Positions 1 through 8,047 of a stretch of 13,341 bases of DNA are shown one piece after another. The notes beneath the pieces are model-generated. The model was not told the origin of the DNA. It ran no database searches and saw only the letters and a program-made list of their open reading frames with translations. Every line of letters starts with the position of its first letter. The first letter of the stretch is position 1. This DNA is from an uncultured Deinococcales bacterium (GTDB taxonomy: Bacteria > Deinococcota > Deinococci > Deinococcales > JAAFIG01): NCBI GenBank assembly GCA_964244895.1, contig CAXTKV010000141.1, forward strand, positions 865-14,205, read 5' to 3'. Position numbers and translations under genes: made by a program.

Positions 1-79
1 GGGCTCGCGAGAGATACTGAGGCTGGGCTCGCGAGAGATACTGAGGCTGGGCTCGCGAGAGATACTGAGGCTGGGCTCG
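1..79 (+). repeat. Perfect 24-bp tandem repeat GGGCTCGCGAGAGATACTGAGGCT x3 plus a partial copy, in frame in rsmA (GLARDTEA)n
   Basis: Identical units at 1-24, 25-48 and 49-72, then GGGCTCG at 73-79. The array may extend left of the window. Confidence 0.95.
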
Positions 80-780
80 AGGAAAATGGCGCAGCAGGGG
101 AGAGCGTCTACGAGGTCGGCCCCGGCCTGGGTGTCCTGACCAGAGCCCTGGCGGAAACCGGTTTGAAGGTCACGACCATCGAAAAGGACGAACGCCTGAA
201 ATCCGTCCTGGCGGAAACCCTGTCCGGGCTGGACAACGTTCGGGTGGTGTTCAAGGACGCGCTCGAGTTCCCATGGCAGCACGTTCCGGAAGGCAGCCTG
301 CTGGTCGCCAATTTGCCGTATTACATCTCGACCGCGATTCTGCAACAGATCCTCGAGAGCGGACGGTTCCGACAACTGACCTTCCTGGTGCAGCGCGAGG
401 TCGCGCTGCGGCTCGAGGCCAGCCCCGGCGATGACCATTACGGCTTTCTTTCGGCGTTAGTGGCGCTGTACGGGCGGGCGGAACGCTTGCGGGATGTCTC
501 GAAGGGCGCGTTCTTTCCCGCGCCGGACGTGGTTTCGAGCATCGCGCGGATTCGCCTCTCGGGCGAAAAGCCTGCGCCGGGCGTGATTCGCGTTCTGGAA
601 GCCGTGCTCCAACACCGCCGCAAGACGCTCAGAAATAACTTGTTGCTGGCCGGGTACGGATCGGAATTGGTCGTGGCCGCCCTGTCGCACGCGGGGCTCG
701 ATCCGGAAGTTCGCGGCGAGGTGGTTGCGTTGGATCAACTGGCGCGGCTGGCGGAAGTGCTCGAGCCTGCCCAAACCTGA
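1..780 (+). CDS. rsmA: 16S rRNA (adenine1518/1519-N6)-dimethyltransferase RsmA/KsgA, 5'-truncated by the window edge
   Basis: Frame 1 is open from base 1 to TGA at 778-780. It contains SAM motif I VYEVGPGLG (106-132), IEKD, motif IV VANLPYYIS, LVQREVA, FFPAPDVVS and the C-terminal RRKTLRNNL. The ORF-track start at 163 lies inside the protein. Confidence 0.95.
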   Translation, partial: GLARDTEAGLARDTEAGLARDTEAGLEENGAAGESVYEVGPGLGVLTRALAETGLKVTTIEKDERLKSVLAETLSGLDNVRVVFKDALEFPWQHVPEGSLLVANLPYYISTAILQQILESGRFRQLTFLVQREVALRLEASPGDDHYGFLSALVALYGRAERLRDVSKGAFFPAPDVVSSIARIRLSGEKPAPGVIRVLEAVLQHRRKTLRNNLLLAGYGSELVVAALSHAGLDPEVRGEVVALDQLARLAEVLEPAQT

Positions 781-1008
781 AGCGCCCGCGACTCGACGCC
801 GCGAAAGCCGTTTCTTCTGTCGGTTCGCTCACCGTTCGGCCCGAGCCCGCGTTCCGGGCGGTGCAGATGAGGGCTTGGCGTTGATGAAGATGATTGGGCT
901 GTCTATGACGGCTCCGATTTGCTATCGTGGGTCAACCCGAGATGACCTCCGGGAAGCGCGGTCGCTGTCGGCTGTGAAAAATGACCCGCTGAGAGTGAGA
1001 ATCGTGTT

Positions 1009-1014
1009 CACAAT
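1009..1014 (+). promoter_or_regulatory. Putative -10 element (CACAAT) of a leaderless transcript
   Basis: Lies 7 nt before ATG 1022 with no Shine-Dalgarno sequence. The geometry matches the paralog at 1578-1591. Confidence 0.4.
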
Positions 1015-1021
1015 AATGAAC

Positions 1022-1498
1022 ATGGATTTAAAAGCCTTGATCCTACAAGGAGAGCACTCCGAACTGCGCGTGCAGTGGGGCAGCATCACGCAGGTCTACC
1101 GCGATCAACGGCACCGCCCGGACGTTCACCCGATCGAACTGCCCAAAAACATGAAGCGCCGCCGCAAGCTGCCCATCAGCTTGCGGGATGCGTATCCGGG
1201 CCAGTTGTGGGTGGCGACCGGGTTTTTCATCATTCCCAAAGCGGAAATCTCGCGTTGGAACGGCCCGAGCGCCATGCGTTTCGGGGTCGAAGGTCTTTCG
1301 TTCCACGTCGTGTCGTTGCAACCCTGGACGCACGCGGATGGCGCTCCGTTGTTCAAATCCGACGAACCCTGCGAGGCCTGGAATTTTCGGGCCTTGTGCA
1401 AACCCACGCCCGCTCAGGTCGCGCGTTTGACGGGCAATCAGGGGATGCAGTTCGAGAAAAGACCATCGCGCGAACTGGCCAGCACGGTCGCGGATTAA
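1022..1498 (+). CDS. Hypothetical protein, paralog A of a tandem pair (158 aa)
   Basis: 3' part of ORF 725..1498. The start MDLKALILQGE was chosen because it aligns with MELRGIRLKGE of the next gene (alternative ATG at 1016). Several motifs are shared with 1591..2034. Confidence 0.8.
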   Translation: MDLKALILQGEHSELRVQWGSITQVYRDQRHRPDVHPIELPKNMKRRRKLPISLRDAYPGQLWVATGFFIIPKAEISRWNGPSAMRFGVEGLSFHVVSLQPWTHADGAPLFKSDEPCEAWNFRALCKPTPAQVARLTGNQGMQFEKRPSRELASTVAD

Positions 1499-1577
1499 AG
1501 GCGCGCCTCGAGTCGAAAGTTCTGAACCCCTGAGCGTCTCGCCGCCTCGGGTTCTGTCACTCGTGCGAAGCAGCCCG

Positions 1578-1583
1578 TAAGAT
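1578..1583 (+). promoter_or_regulatory. Putative -10 element (TAAGAT) of a leaderless transcript
   Basis: TANNNT hexamer 7 nt before ATG 1591 with no SD sequence. Confidence 0.55.
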
Positions 1584-1590
1584 TGATCGC

Positions 1591-2034
1591 ATGGAACTGC
1601 GCGGCATTCGTCTGAAAGGTGAACGAGACGAGTTGCGCGTCTCGACCGGGCGGATCATGCACGCGTACCCGGATCGTCGCCGGAAAACGCCCAAGAATCC
1701 CGCGCCCGCCCGGAAATCCCTGGCCCGACGCGATACGCCCAGCGCCATCGAGGGTATCGATCCCGAAACGCGCTGGGTCGTGTCGGGATTCTTGCTGATT
1801 TCGACGCCCGAAGCGCGACGTTGGAGCGGTGCGCTCGAGCTGTGGTTCGAGGTCGATGGTTTGCGTTTCCACATCGTCTCGCTCGAGCCGTGGAAGGCGG
1901 GCAGTTTGGGCAACCCGGCGGGTTTCGAGACCTGGAATTTTCGGGCGGTGTGCGCGCCCGATGCCGACCAGATCGAATCCCTGCCGCAATCTCGAGGCAG
2001 ACCTCGGGTTCAGCCCGACGAAAGCCCCAAATAA
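1591..2034 (+). CDS. Hypothetical protein, paralog B of a tandem pair (147 aa)
   Basis: Colinear similarity to 1022..1498: GExxELRV, WVxxGFxxI, RWxG, FxVxGLxFHxVSLxPW, ExWNFRAxCxP. Confidence 0.8.
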   Translation: MELRGIRLKGERDELRVSTGRIMHAYPDRRRKTPKNPAPARKSLARRDTPSAIEGIDPETRWVVSGFLLISTPEARRWSGALELWFEVDGLRFHIVSLEPWKAGSLGNPAGFETWNFRAVCAPDADQIESLPQSRGRPRVQPDESPK

Positions 2035-2044
2035 ATTTGGCGCG

Positions 2045-2110
2045 TCAAAACACCGTCCGGGACGCTATTTCTTGATACTCAAAGAACACCGTCCAGGACG
2101 GTGTTCTTGA
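2045..2110. repeat. Paired palindromic intergenic element (ACCGTCnnnGACG family)
   Basis: Cores are ACCGTCCGGGACGCT (2052-2066) and ACCGTCCAGGACGGT (2088-2102). The second sits in a perfect 13-bp inverted repeat, AAGAACACCGTCC-A-GGACGGTGTTCTT (2082-2108). Confidence 0.85.
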
Positions 2111-2176
2111 ATTTGAAAGCTGACGCGAGAAGCTCCTGCACAGCGATTTGGAATGCGGGTTCTCGAGCCCGGCACG

Positions 2177-2212
2177 AGAAATCCCCCGGAGCCGGAACTC
2201 CGGGGGATTTCT
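2177..2212. terminator. Hairpin terminator between convergent genes
   Basis: Perfect 15-bp stem AGAAATCCCCCGGAG / CTCCGGGGGATTTCT with a 6-nt loop, 10 nt past the subtilase stop. The U-tail is short. Confidence 0.7.
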
Positions 2213-2222
2213 GGGATGCGGT

Positions 2223-4019
2223 TTAGAACAGGGCTTGCAAGCGGAACTGCTGCGCCGTGCTGCCGTTGAAGCCCGTCTGCTGCAAGACCGTACCATCCGC
2301 CGTACTGAAATTCAGCACGTCCAGGTTCTTGCCGCTGTGAACCGCGACCAACTGGTAACCCAACCCGAACTTGCTGATGACCCAGAGCTGGTTGTTGGCG
2401 GGGCCAAGATCCCACTGTTGCAGTTGCGCGCCGTTGGCGAGGCTGGCTCCGACCACGTCGAGCACCTTGCCGCTGTGGACGGCGGTCAGCTTGTAGTAAT
2501 CGCCGACGGGTTCAATCTTCCATTTCTGGTTGACGGCTCCGTTGCACACCCACTGAATCACCGACGTGCCGTTGGTGGTGCCCGCGCCCATCACGTCCAG
2601 GCACTTGTTGGAGTTGACGTTGACGACGTTGTACACGCCCGCCCGAACCGTGGTCGGTTCAGTCCAGCCTGGCAAGCTGCGGATCAGGCGTTCCAGGTTG
2701 AGTCGTCCGTACACAAGCCCCGTCCCCGAGGGCAGGACGGTCAGGTCGAGGCTGCTCCAGATGAAATCCTGAATGCGGCTGCGGTCGCTGGTATTCGGCA
2801 TGTCGGCGTAGGCCAGGGCGATGGCGCCCGAGTACATCGGTGCGGCGAACGACGTGCCGGTCGCGCTGACGGCCTGGTTGCTGGGGTAAGCGCTGTAGAT
2901 GGATTCGCCGGGGGCGACGCTGTAGAGGCCGCTGCCGAAATTCGAGAAGCTCGAGAGCGTATCGGTGCCGTTGACGCTGCCGATGCCGATGGTTTTGGCG
3001 TAGGTTCCGACCGTCCACGAGAATTGCGCGGGCGAGGTCACGCCGTCCTTCTTGCCGGAGTTGCCCGACGATGCGACCACGCGCACGCCCTGCGCGTTGG
3101 CCCAGTTGCAGATGTCGTACAGGGACTGATCCCAGCCGTCCGTGCCGAGGGACATGTTGATGACCTGCGCGCCCTTTGAAACGGCGTAGCTGACGGCGGC
3201 GACGATGTCGGAGGTGTTGCCGTCACCGTTTTTCTTCAGAACGCGGATCGGCAGGATCGTGACGCGCGGTGCGATCTGAATCACGATGCCTGCGACCGCC
3301 GTGCCGTGCCCGTACGCCTTGCCGTTGGCGTTGCCGCTCGCGTCTTCTTGCGGCGTTGCGTCACCGTCCACGAAATCCTTCCACTCCGCCGTCGGCGCGA
3401 GGTGACCCTGGAAGATCGGGTGCGCCAGATCGATGCCCGTGTCGATCACGGCGACCTTGACGCCCGCCCCGAAGTTTCTCGAGATGCGGTGCGCCTCGAA
3501 GAGCTTGATCTGGTTCCAGGTGGCCTGGTTCTGCGCGGGCAATTCCGGCGCGAGGCTGCTGACGTTGCCGTTCCAGCCGCTCAATCCGCCACTCCAGGCC
3601 GTCCAGCCGCCGCTCCAGGCCGTCCAGCCCGCGCTCCACGATGTCCAACCGCCCATGCTGCTGGTGCTTCCCTGGCGGGACATCGGGCCGCGTTCCCTGA
3701 ACGAATCCGTTGCCGGGGTGCTGACGGTGCTGTCCGCTTCAACGGCTGTAACCGCCGGGTCGGTCTTGGAAGGCTGTGTATCGCTCAGCAGCATGGCGAA
3801 GCCCGCGTCCGGCTGGTAGGCCAGCATCCTGGCGCTGTAGCGCTGCTCGAGGCTCTGGGCGCTGTCTGCGGGGCTGATCTTGAGGGTCACGATGTAGCCC
3901 TGGGTCGTCGCGGTTTGTCCGGCTGGCGGCGGCGTGCTGATGCTGTTGCATCCCAGGAGCGCCACGGTCAGACCGACCCCGAGGAGGGCTGGTAAGAATT
4001 TTCGGGGTGAACTGGTCAC
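2223..4019 (-). CDS. S8 subtilisin-family serine protease lipoprotein with C-terminal ricin B (beta-trefoil) lectin domain
   Basis: GTG at 4019 is preceded by GGAGGA. The signal peptide ends in lipobox LLGC. Catalytic triad motifs are VAVIDTGID, HGTAVAG and GTSFAAP, with oxyanion SSGN. The C-terminus has NSNKCLDV, NQKW, HSGKVLDV, NQLW and QQF repeats. Confidence 0.93.
   Translation of the reverse strand: MTSSPRKFLPALLGVGLTVALLGCNSISTPPPAGQTATTQGYIVTLKISPADSAQSLEQRYSARMLAYQPDAGFAMLLSDTQPSKTDPAVTAVEADSTVSTPATDSFRERGPMSRQGSTSSMGGWTSWSAGWTAWSGGWTAWSGGLSGWNGNVSSLAPELPAQNQATWNQIKLFEAHRISRNFGAGVKVAVIDTGIDLAHPIFQGHLAPTAEWKDFVDGDATPQEDASGNANGKAYGHGTAVAGIVIQIAPRVTILPIRVLKKNGDGNTSDIVAAVSYAVSKGAQVINMSLGTDGWDQSLYDICNWANAQGVRVVASSGNSGKKDGVTSPAQFSWTVGTYAKTIGIGSVNGTDTLSSFSNFGSGLYSVAPGESIYSAYPSNQAVSATGTSFAAPMYSGAIALAYADMPNTSDRSRIQDFIWSSLDLTVLPSGTGLVYGRLNLERLIRSLPGWTEPTTVRAGVYNVVNVNSNKCLDVMGAGTTNGTSVIQWVCNGAVNQKWKIEPVGDYYKLTAVHSGKVLDVVGASLANGAQLQQWDLGPANNQLWVISKFGLGYQLVAVHSGKNLDVLNFSTADGTVLQQTGFNGSTAQQFRLQALF
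3586..3648 (-). repeat. 21-bp x3 coding repeat giving WT(S/A)WS(A/G)G units in the subtilase
   Basis: Units at 3586-3606, 3607-3627 and 3628-3648. The protein reads GGWTSWSAGWTAWSGGWTAWSGG. Confidence 0.85.
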
Positions 4020-4241
4020 TGGGGAATCCTCCGGGTTGGTGCGGAATGAAAGGCTCGAACTCCCCAATAATGTGCCAAATAGAGAATGATGGAATTCTTA
4101 CAAACTCGCCCCCGGTGTTCACGGGCAATTGCTTGTCAGACGGCCAGTAAGGGCATTTCAATCGGTACGGAAATCGCAGTTTTGGATGCTGGCGGTCTCC
4201 GCTCGAGCCACCGAGAATGAAAGCGATGGCTTTTGGGCGAG

Positions 4242-4291
4242 ACCGTCCCAGACGCGATTCTCGAGAGACAAAAAATCGCGTCTGGGACGGT
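4242..4291. repeat. Paired palindromic intergenic element, perfect 18-bp inverted repeat
   Basis: ACCGTCCCAGACGCGATT (4242-4259) and AATCGCGTCTGGGACGGT (4274-4291), with a 14-nt spacer beginning CTCGAG. Confidence 0.9.
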
Positions 4292-4518
4292 GTTCTCGCG
4301 CTGCCATCTCGAGCAAATGGCCCAAGATCCTGGCTTTAAGCAAGGTACCCACCCGTGGGTGAGCCCGACGATTGCTCGTCCACGACAGGGTTTTCGCGAT
4401 CGCGCCGCTCGTCTTTTCACTCGAGCCGCGAGATCGCGTCTTCCAGAACCGGATGGGTCGAGCAACAAAAAACTCGAGCGGAAGCATTGCGCTTCCGCTC
4501 GAGCGTTCAGGGCTTGGA

Positions 4519-5595
4519 TCAGCTGGCGTTCTTGTCGGCGCTCGAGATGTTGAACTGGGCGGGCACGGTCACGTCCGCAGCCGTGATGTCGACCGGGTAC
4601 GCGATCACGCGAACCGCGTAGGTGTCGCCTGTCGTGAAGGGCACGCTGACGGATCGGGTCAGGCTCGTCTGGTTGCTCGAGTCCACCACCGAACCGTTTT
4701 TCAAGATTTGCACGCGAAAAGAAGTCGCACCCGTCGCCGTCCAAGAGGTGCTGACCGTGCGGGTCGCGCCCGAACCCGTGGCGGTGGTCGCGCCGATGGT
4801 CGGAGCGGCCAGCAGTTGCGATGCGTCGGCCACGGTCGCGGTTCCCGAATATTGCGCGCTACCGATGGTGGTCGTGATCGTGTACGCGCCGTTGACCGGA
4901 GCGGAATTGGTGAAGCCCGTCCCGCCGGGCGGGTTGCGGAACACGCCGAAAGCGTTGAGCGCACCCACGATGAAATCTCCGGGCGCCGACACGGTCGCGT
5001 TAACGCCACCGTTAAAGCTGGCCGGACCCGCGACCGTGTAGTTCACGCCCGAAGCGAAGCCGTTGACGATGGCGTTGCTGCCGTCGCGAACGCGCACCAG
5101 CATGGCGAAACCCTTGGTGATGCTTCCACCGGCACTGACGATGTTGTACGTGCCGACTGAAACGCCCAAAGCGGCGGGTCCTGCCGCAGCCGCATTGACC
5201 GTGATCGGCAAGGCGATGGTCTTGGTGATCGTGCCCGACACGGCCTGAAGGGTGTAACCCTGGTTCGCGCCGACGGTCGCGGCGGCGGTCGCGTTGACGG
5301 TCAGCGTGCCGCTGGCGGTTCCGGCGGTGATGCTGCCCGTGCCGGTCACGCCAGTAGCGCTTCCTGGGGCGACCAGCGAGAGCGTCACGGCGCCCGCGAA
5401 GCCGCCCGTGGCCGCGACCGTGACGTTGACGGTCTGGGCTGCGGGATTGCCGGTGGCGGGTTTGGTGAAGGTCAGGCTGGTCGGGGAGATGCTCGAGATC
5501 GTGAAATCTGGTGCGGGTGGCGGCTGGGTGGTGTCGGGACAAGCGACCAGCGCGGCGGCGAGCGGAAGGGCGATTAACGCGGCTTTCAGATTCAT
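4519..5595 (-). CDS. Ala/Thr/Gly-rich lipoprotein with probable Ig-like/FN3-like beta-sandwich domains (358 aa)
   Basis: ATG at 5595 follows GAGGAGG. The signal peptide MNLKAALIALPLAAALVAC ends in a lipobox. PDFTISSISPTSLT...TLTV...YTLQA resembles an Ig-like module, and WTATGATSFRVQI...TYAVRVIAY resembles FN3. Confidence 0.85.
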   Translation of the reverse strand: MNLKAALIALPLAAALVACPDTTQPPPAPDFTISSISPTSLTFTKPATGNPAAQTVNVTVAATGGFAGAVTLSLVAPGSATGVTGTGSITAGTASGTLTVNATAAATVGANQGYTLQAVSGTITKTIALPITVNAAAAGPAALGVSVGTYNIVSAGGSITKGFAMLVRVRDGSNAIVNGFASGVNYTVAGPASFNGGVNATVSAPGDFIVGALNAFGVFRNPPGGTGFTNSAPVNGAYTITTTIGSAQYSGTATVADASQLLAAPTIGATTATGSGATRTVSTSWTATGATSFRVQILKNGSVVDSSNQTSLTRSVSVPFTTGDTYAVRVIAYPVDITAADVTVPAQFNISSADKNAS

Positions 5596-5718
5596 CTGGA
5601 TCCTCCTCGTGCGCGCTGATTTTGACAGCCCAAGATTAATGCCGCACGAGAAAAAAGCCCCGCCAACACCGATATTCACATGAGAAATGGCGTCGTGGTG
5701 CGCATTTTTGCAAAAAAC

Positions 5719-5763
5719 GCCGTCAGGGACGGCTCTTAGAAAATGAACATCGTCTGGAATGGT
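5719..5763. repeat. Degenerate paired palindromic element in the divergent promoter region
   Basis: GCCGTCAGGGACGGC (5719-5733) and ATCGTCTGGAATGGT (5749-5763). Confidence 0.65.
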
Positions 5764-5780
5764 GTGCTCGAAGAGCAACC

Positions 5781-5809
5781 TTGAAGGAATTGGCCGTACC
5801 GGGTATAAT
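5781..5809 (+). promoter_or_regulatory. Sigma70-type promoter of the rimP-nusA-infB operon
   Basis: TTGAAG (5781-5786), a 17-nt spacer, then a perfect TATAAT (5804-5809). Confidence 0.8.
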
Positions 5810-5842
5810 TCCGGGCGTTGTTGATCCTCGAGCCTTCGGCGC

Positions 5843-5866
5843 GGGGTGGGTTGAAAAACCCACCCC
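5843..5866 (+). promoter_or_regulatory. rimP-leader RNA hairpin (possible attenuator)
   Basis: GGGGTGGGTT-GAAA-AACCCACCCC, a 10-bp stem with a GNRA loop, between the promoter and rimP. It matches the GUGGG..CCCAC stem described for rimP leaders. Confidence 0.7.
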
Positions 5867-5917
5867 CGTTTGCTTGCAAAAAGACGCCAGTTCGGGCTTG
5901 GGGATTCGGAGGTCGTG

Positions 5918-6361
5918 ATGCAGGACATTTCAGCCGCAGCCAAAGAAGTCCTCGAGCCGATGGGTTACGAGGTGCTCGAGGTGGTCATCTCCGGCAAGGT
6001 CACGATGAACGTGCTGGTGCGGATCGATCGCCTCGACGAGCAGCCCGTCAGCGTGGAAGATCTCGAGCGCGCATCAAACGTGTTCGGCCTCGAGATGGAT
6101 CGGTTAGACCCGTTCAAGGGCGCGTACAAGCTCGAGGTCGAATCGCCCGGCCCGAAACGCCCGCTGATCACCGCGCGGCACTTCGAGCGGATGATGGGAT
6201 TGAAGATCAAGGTCAAGCGCCCCGGCGCGTCGCTGGTCGGGCAGATCGTGGCCGTGGACGCGGAGGGCGTGACCCTGGAACTCGACGGTAAGAAACTCGA
6301 GAAACTGCCCATTTCGGGCATCGTGGCCAACCTGGCCGAATGGCCGAACGAACACCGCTGA
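5918..6361 (+). CDS. rimP: Ribosome maturation factor RimP
   Basis: GGAGG at 5908-5912, motifs VSVEDLERAS and YKLEVESPGPKRPL, and position upstream of nusA. Confidence 0.93.
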   Translation: MQDISAAAKEVLEPMGYEVLEVVISGKVTMNVLVRIDRLDEQPVSVEDLERASNVFGLEMDRLDPFKGAYKLEVESPGPKRPLITARHFERMMGLKIKVKRPGASLVGQIVAVDAEGVTLELDGKKLEKLPISGIVANLAEWPNEHR

Positions 6362-6381
6362 TCCTGAATACCCCCAACAAC

Positions 6382-6396
6382 ACCGTCTGGTACGCA
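6382..6396. repeat. Single degenerate copy of the palindromic element
   Basis: aacACCGTCTGGTACGCAattt in the rimP-nusA spacer. Confidence 0.6.
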
Positions 6397-6465
6397 ATTT
6401 AGGCACACCGCGCAGCTCGAGAAGGCTCAATACAACCCAGAATCGGTTGTGGAAGGAGAGAACCA

Positions 6466-7665
6466 ATGGACAGAGAACAGAGCCGTGAGTTCGCGCAGGC
6501 GCTCGAGGAGATCGCCATTCAGCGCGGCATGGACAAGATGCAACTCGTCACCGCTTTCGAGGAGGCGTTGCAGCAGGCCTATACGCGCAACGTCGAACCG
6601 GACAAGCGCATCGAGGTTCACCTGGATTCGGATTCGGGCGAACTCGAGGTCTTGATCGTCAAGGAAGTCGTGGAAAAAGTCGAGGACGAACACCGCCAGA
6701 TTTCCCTGGCGGACGCCTTGGAGCTCGACCCGGACGTGGAACTGAGCATGGAGATGGAATTCCCCGTGCCGCGCGAATCCTTCAGCCGCATCGCGATCCA
6801 GACGACCAAGCAGGTCGTGACCCAGAAGATGCGCGAGGCCGAGCGCAACATCGTCTTCAACGAGTACAAGGACCGCGAAGGTGAAGTCATCACCGCGCAG
6901 ATCGCGCGCCAGGACAACAAGGGCAACGTCTTCGTGGAACTGGGGCGCGGCGAGGCGATCATGCCGCCCAAGGAACAGATTCCCGGCGAGCGCCAGAGCA
7001 TCGGCTCGCGCACGAAGGTCTATTTGAAGGAAGTCGCGCAGACCAACCGTGGCCCGAGCATCCTCGCGTCTCGAGCCGCGCCGGAACTCTTGCAGTACCT
7101 GATGAAACAAGAAATCCCCGAAGTCGCGGATGGCACGGTCGAACTCAAAGCCATCGCGCGCGAGGCCGGGCAGCGCAGCAAGATCGCGGTCTACAGCCGC
7201 AACTCGAACGTCGACCCGATCGGCGCGTGCATCGGGCATCGCGGCAACCGCATCCAGGCCGTCACCGGCGAGATCGGGCGCGAGCGCGTGGACGTGATCC
7301 AGTGGGATCAGAACACCCAGGAATTCATCCGCAACGCGCTGTCCCCGGCCAAGGTCGGCAGCATCGTGGTCAACAACGACGAGAAATCCGCGACCGTCAC
7401 GGTCACGCCGGATCAGCTCTCCCTGGCCATCGGCAAGGGTGGACAGAACGTGCGATTGGCCGCCAAACTGACGGGCTTCAAGATCGACCTGCAAGAAGCC
7501 ACCGTCAGCGACCTGGACGCCGCCATGCGCGAGGCCGCCGCCAGCGGCGACGCACCGACGACCTCGAGCGCCGCCCGCGACCGCTTCGACGCGCTCTTTA
7601 GCGCCACGCCCGACGGCGAGACGAAGGATGCCCGAGACAAGCCCGCCACGGAAGAGCAGCCCTGA
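6466..7665 (+). CDS. nusA: Transcription termination/antitermination factor NusA
   Basis: RBS AAGGAG; motifs FSRIAIQTTKQV, S1 domain, AREAGQRSKIAV, DPIGACIG and SLAIGKGGQNVRLAAKLTG. Confidence 0.98.
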   Translation: MDREQSREFAQALEEIAIQRGMDKMQLVTAFEEALQQAYTRNVEPDKRIEVHLDSDSGELEVLIVKEVVEKVEDEHRQISLADALELDPDVELSMEMEFPVPRESFSRIAIQTTKQVVTQKMREAERNIVFNEYKDREGEVITAQIARQDNKGNVFVELGRGEAIMPPKEQIPGERQSIGSRTKVYLKEVAQTNRGPSILASRAAPELLQYLMKQEIPEVADGTVELKAIAREAGQRSKIAVYSRNSNVDPIGACIGHRGNRIQAVTGEIGRERVDVIQWDQNTQEFIRNALSPAKVGSIVVNNDEKSATVTVTPDQLSLAIGKGGQNVRLAAKLTGFKIDLQEATVSDLDAAMREAAASGDAPTTSSAARDRFDALFSATPDGETKDARDKPATEEQP

Positions 7666-7667
7666 GG

Positions 7668-7970
7668 ATGCCGAGACCCGAACGCCAACCTCACCGCGCC
7701 TGGGACGCCAGCGGAAAGCGCATCCCGATCCGCACCTGCGCCGTCTGCCGTTCGCGCAGACCGCAGGCGGAATTGCTGCGCGTGGTGAATACGGCGACCG
7801 GTCTCGAGATCGACCCCAAACGCCGTCTCGAGGGTCGCGGAATGTACCTCTGCCCGGACAGGCCCGAATGTCGGAGCCTCAAAGCGCTCCGGCGTTTCGC
7901 CCGATCCGACGCGGAAGTATTTTCAGCCAGACTCGAGACTTACCTGAACACCGTTCAGCACGCAAATTAA
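7668..7970 (+). CDS. ylxR: YlxR/RnpM family RNA-binding protein
   Basis: PIRTCAVCR, LLRVV and GRGMYLC..C motifs; lies between nusA and infB. Confidence 0.9.
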   Translation: MPRPERQPHRAWDASGKRIPIRTCAVCRSRRPQAELLRVVNTATGLEIDPKRRLEGRGMYLCPDRPECRSLKALRRFARSDAEVFSARLETYLNTVQHAN

Positions 7971-7989
7971 ATCTTGTGTCCAGGACGGT
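7950..7989. repeat. Paired palindromic element overlapping the ylxR 3' end
   Basis: gaacACCGTTCAGCACGCA (core 7950-7964, inside the CDS) and TGTGTCCAGGACGGTcttc (7975-7989). Confidence 0.65.
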
Positions 7990-8047
7990 CTTCCCGAGCG
8001 AGAATCCCATGAACTAATCCCGTTTTAACGGAACCCCGGAGGTCCAA

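Noticed and set aside
1..79. Possible CRISPR array
   Set aside because: The units are directly adjacent with no spacers and lie in frame within rsmA.
871..945. Protein-like fragment GLGVDEDDWAVYDGSDLLSWVNPR in the spacer after rsmA
   Set aside because: It is bounded by stops, has no credible start or RBS, and is too short to support a gene or pseudogene call.
725..1021. N-terminal extension of ORF 725..1498
   Set aside because: It overlaps rsmA and has no counterpart in the paralog; similarity begins at ATG 1022.
5596..5943. Upstream extension of ORF 4519..5943
   Set aside because: It runs through the rimP promoter and start. The real start with RBS and signal peptide is at 5595.
8009..8017. 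Mini-ORF ATG AAC TAA before infB
   Set aside because: No RBS and readily explained by chance.
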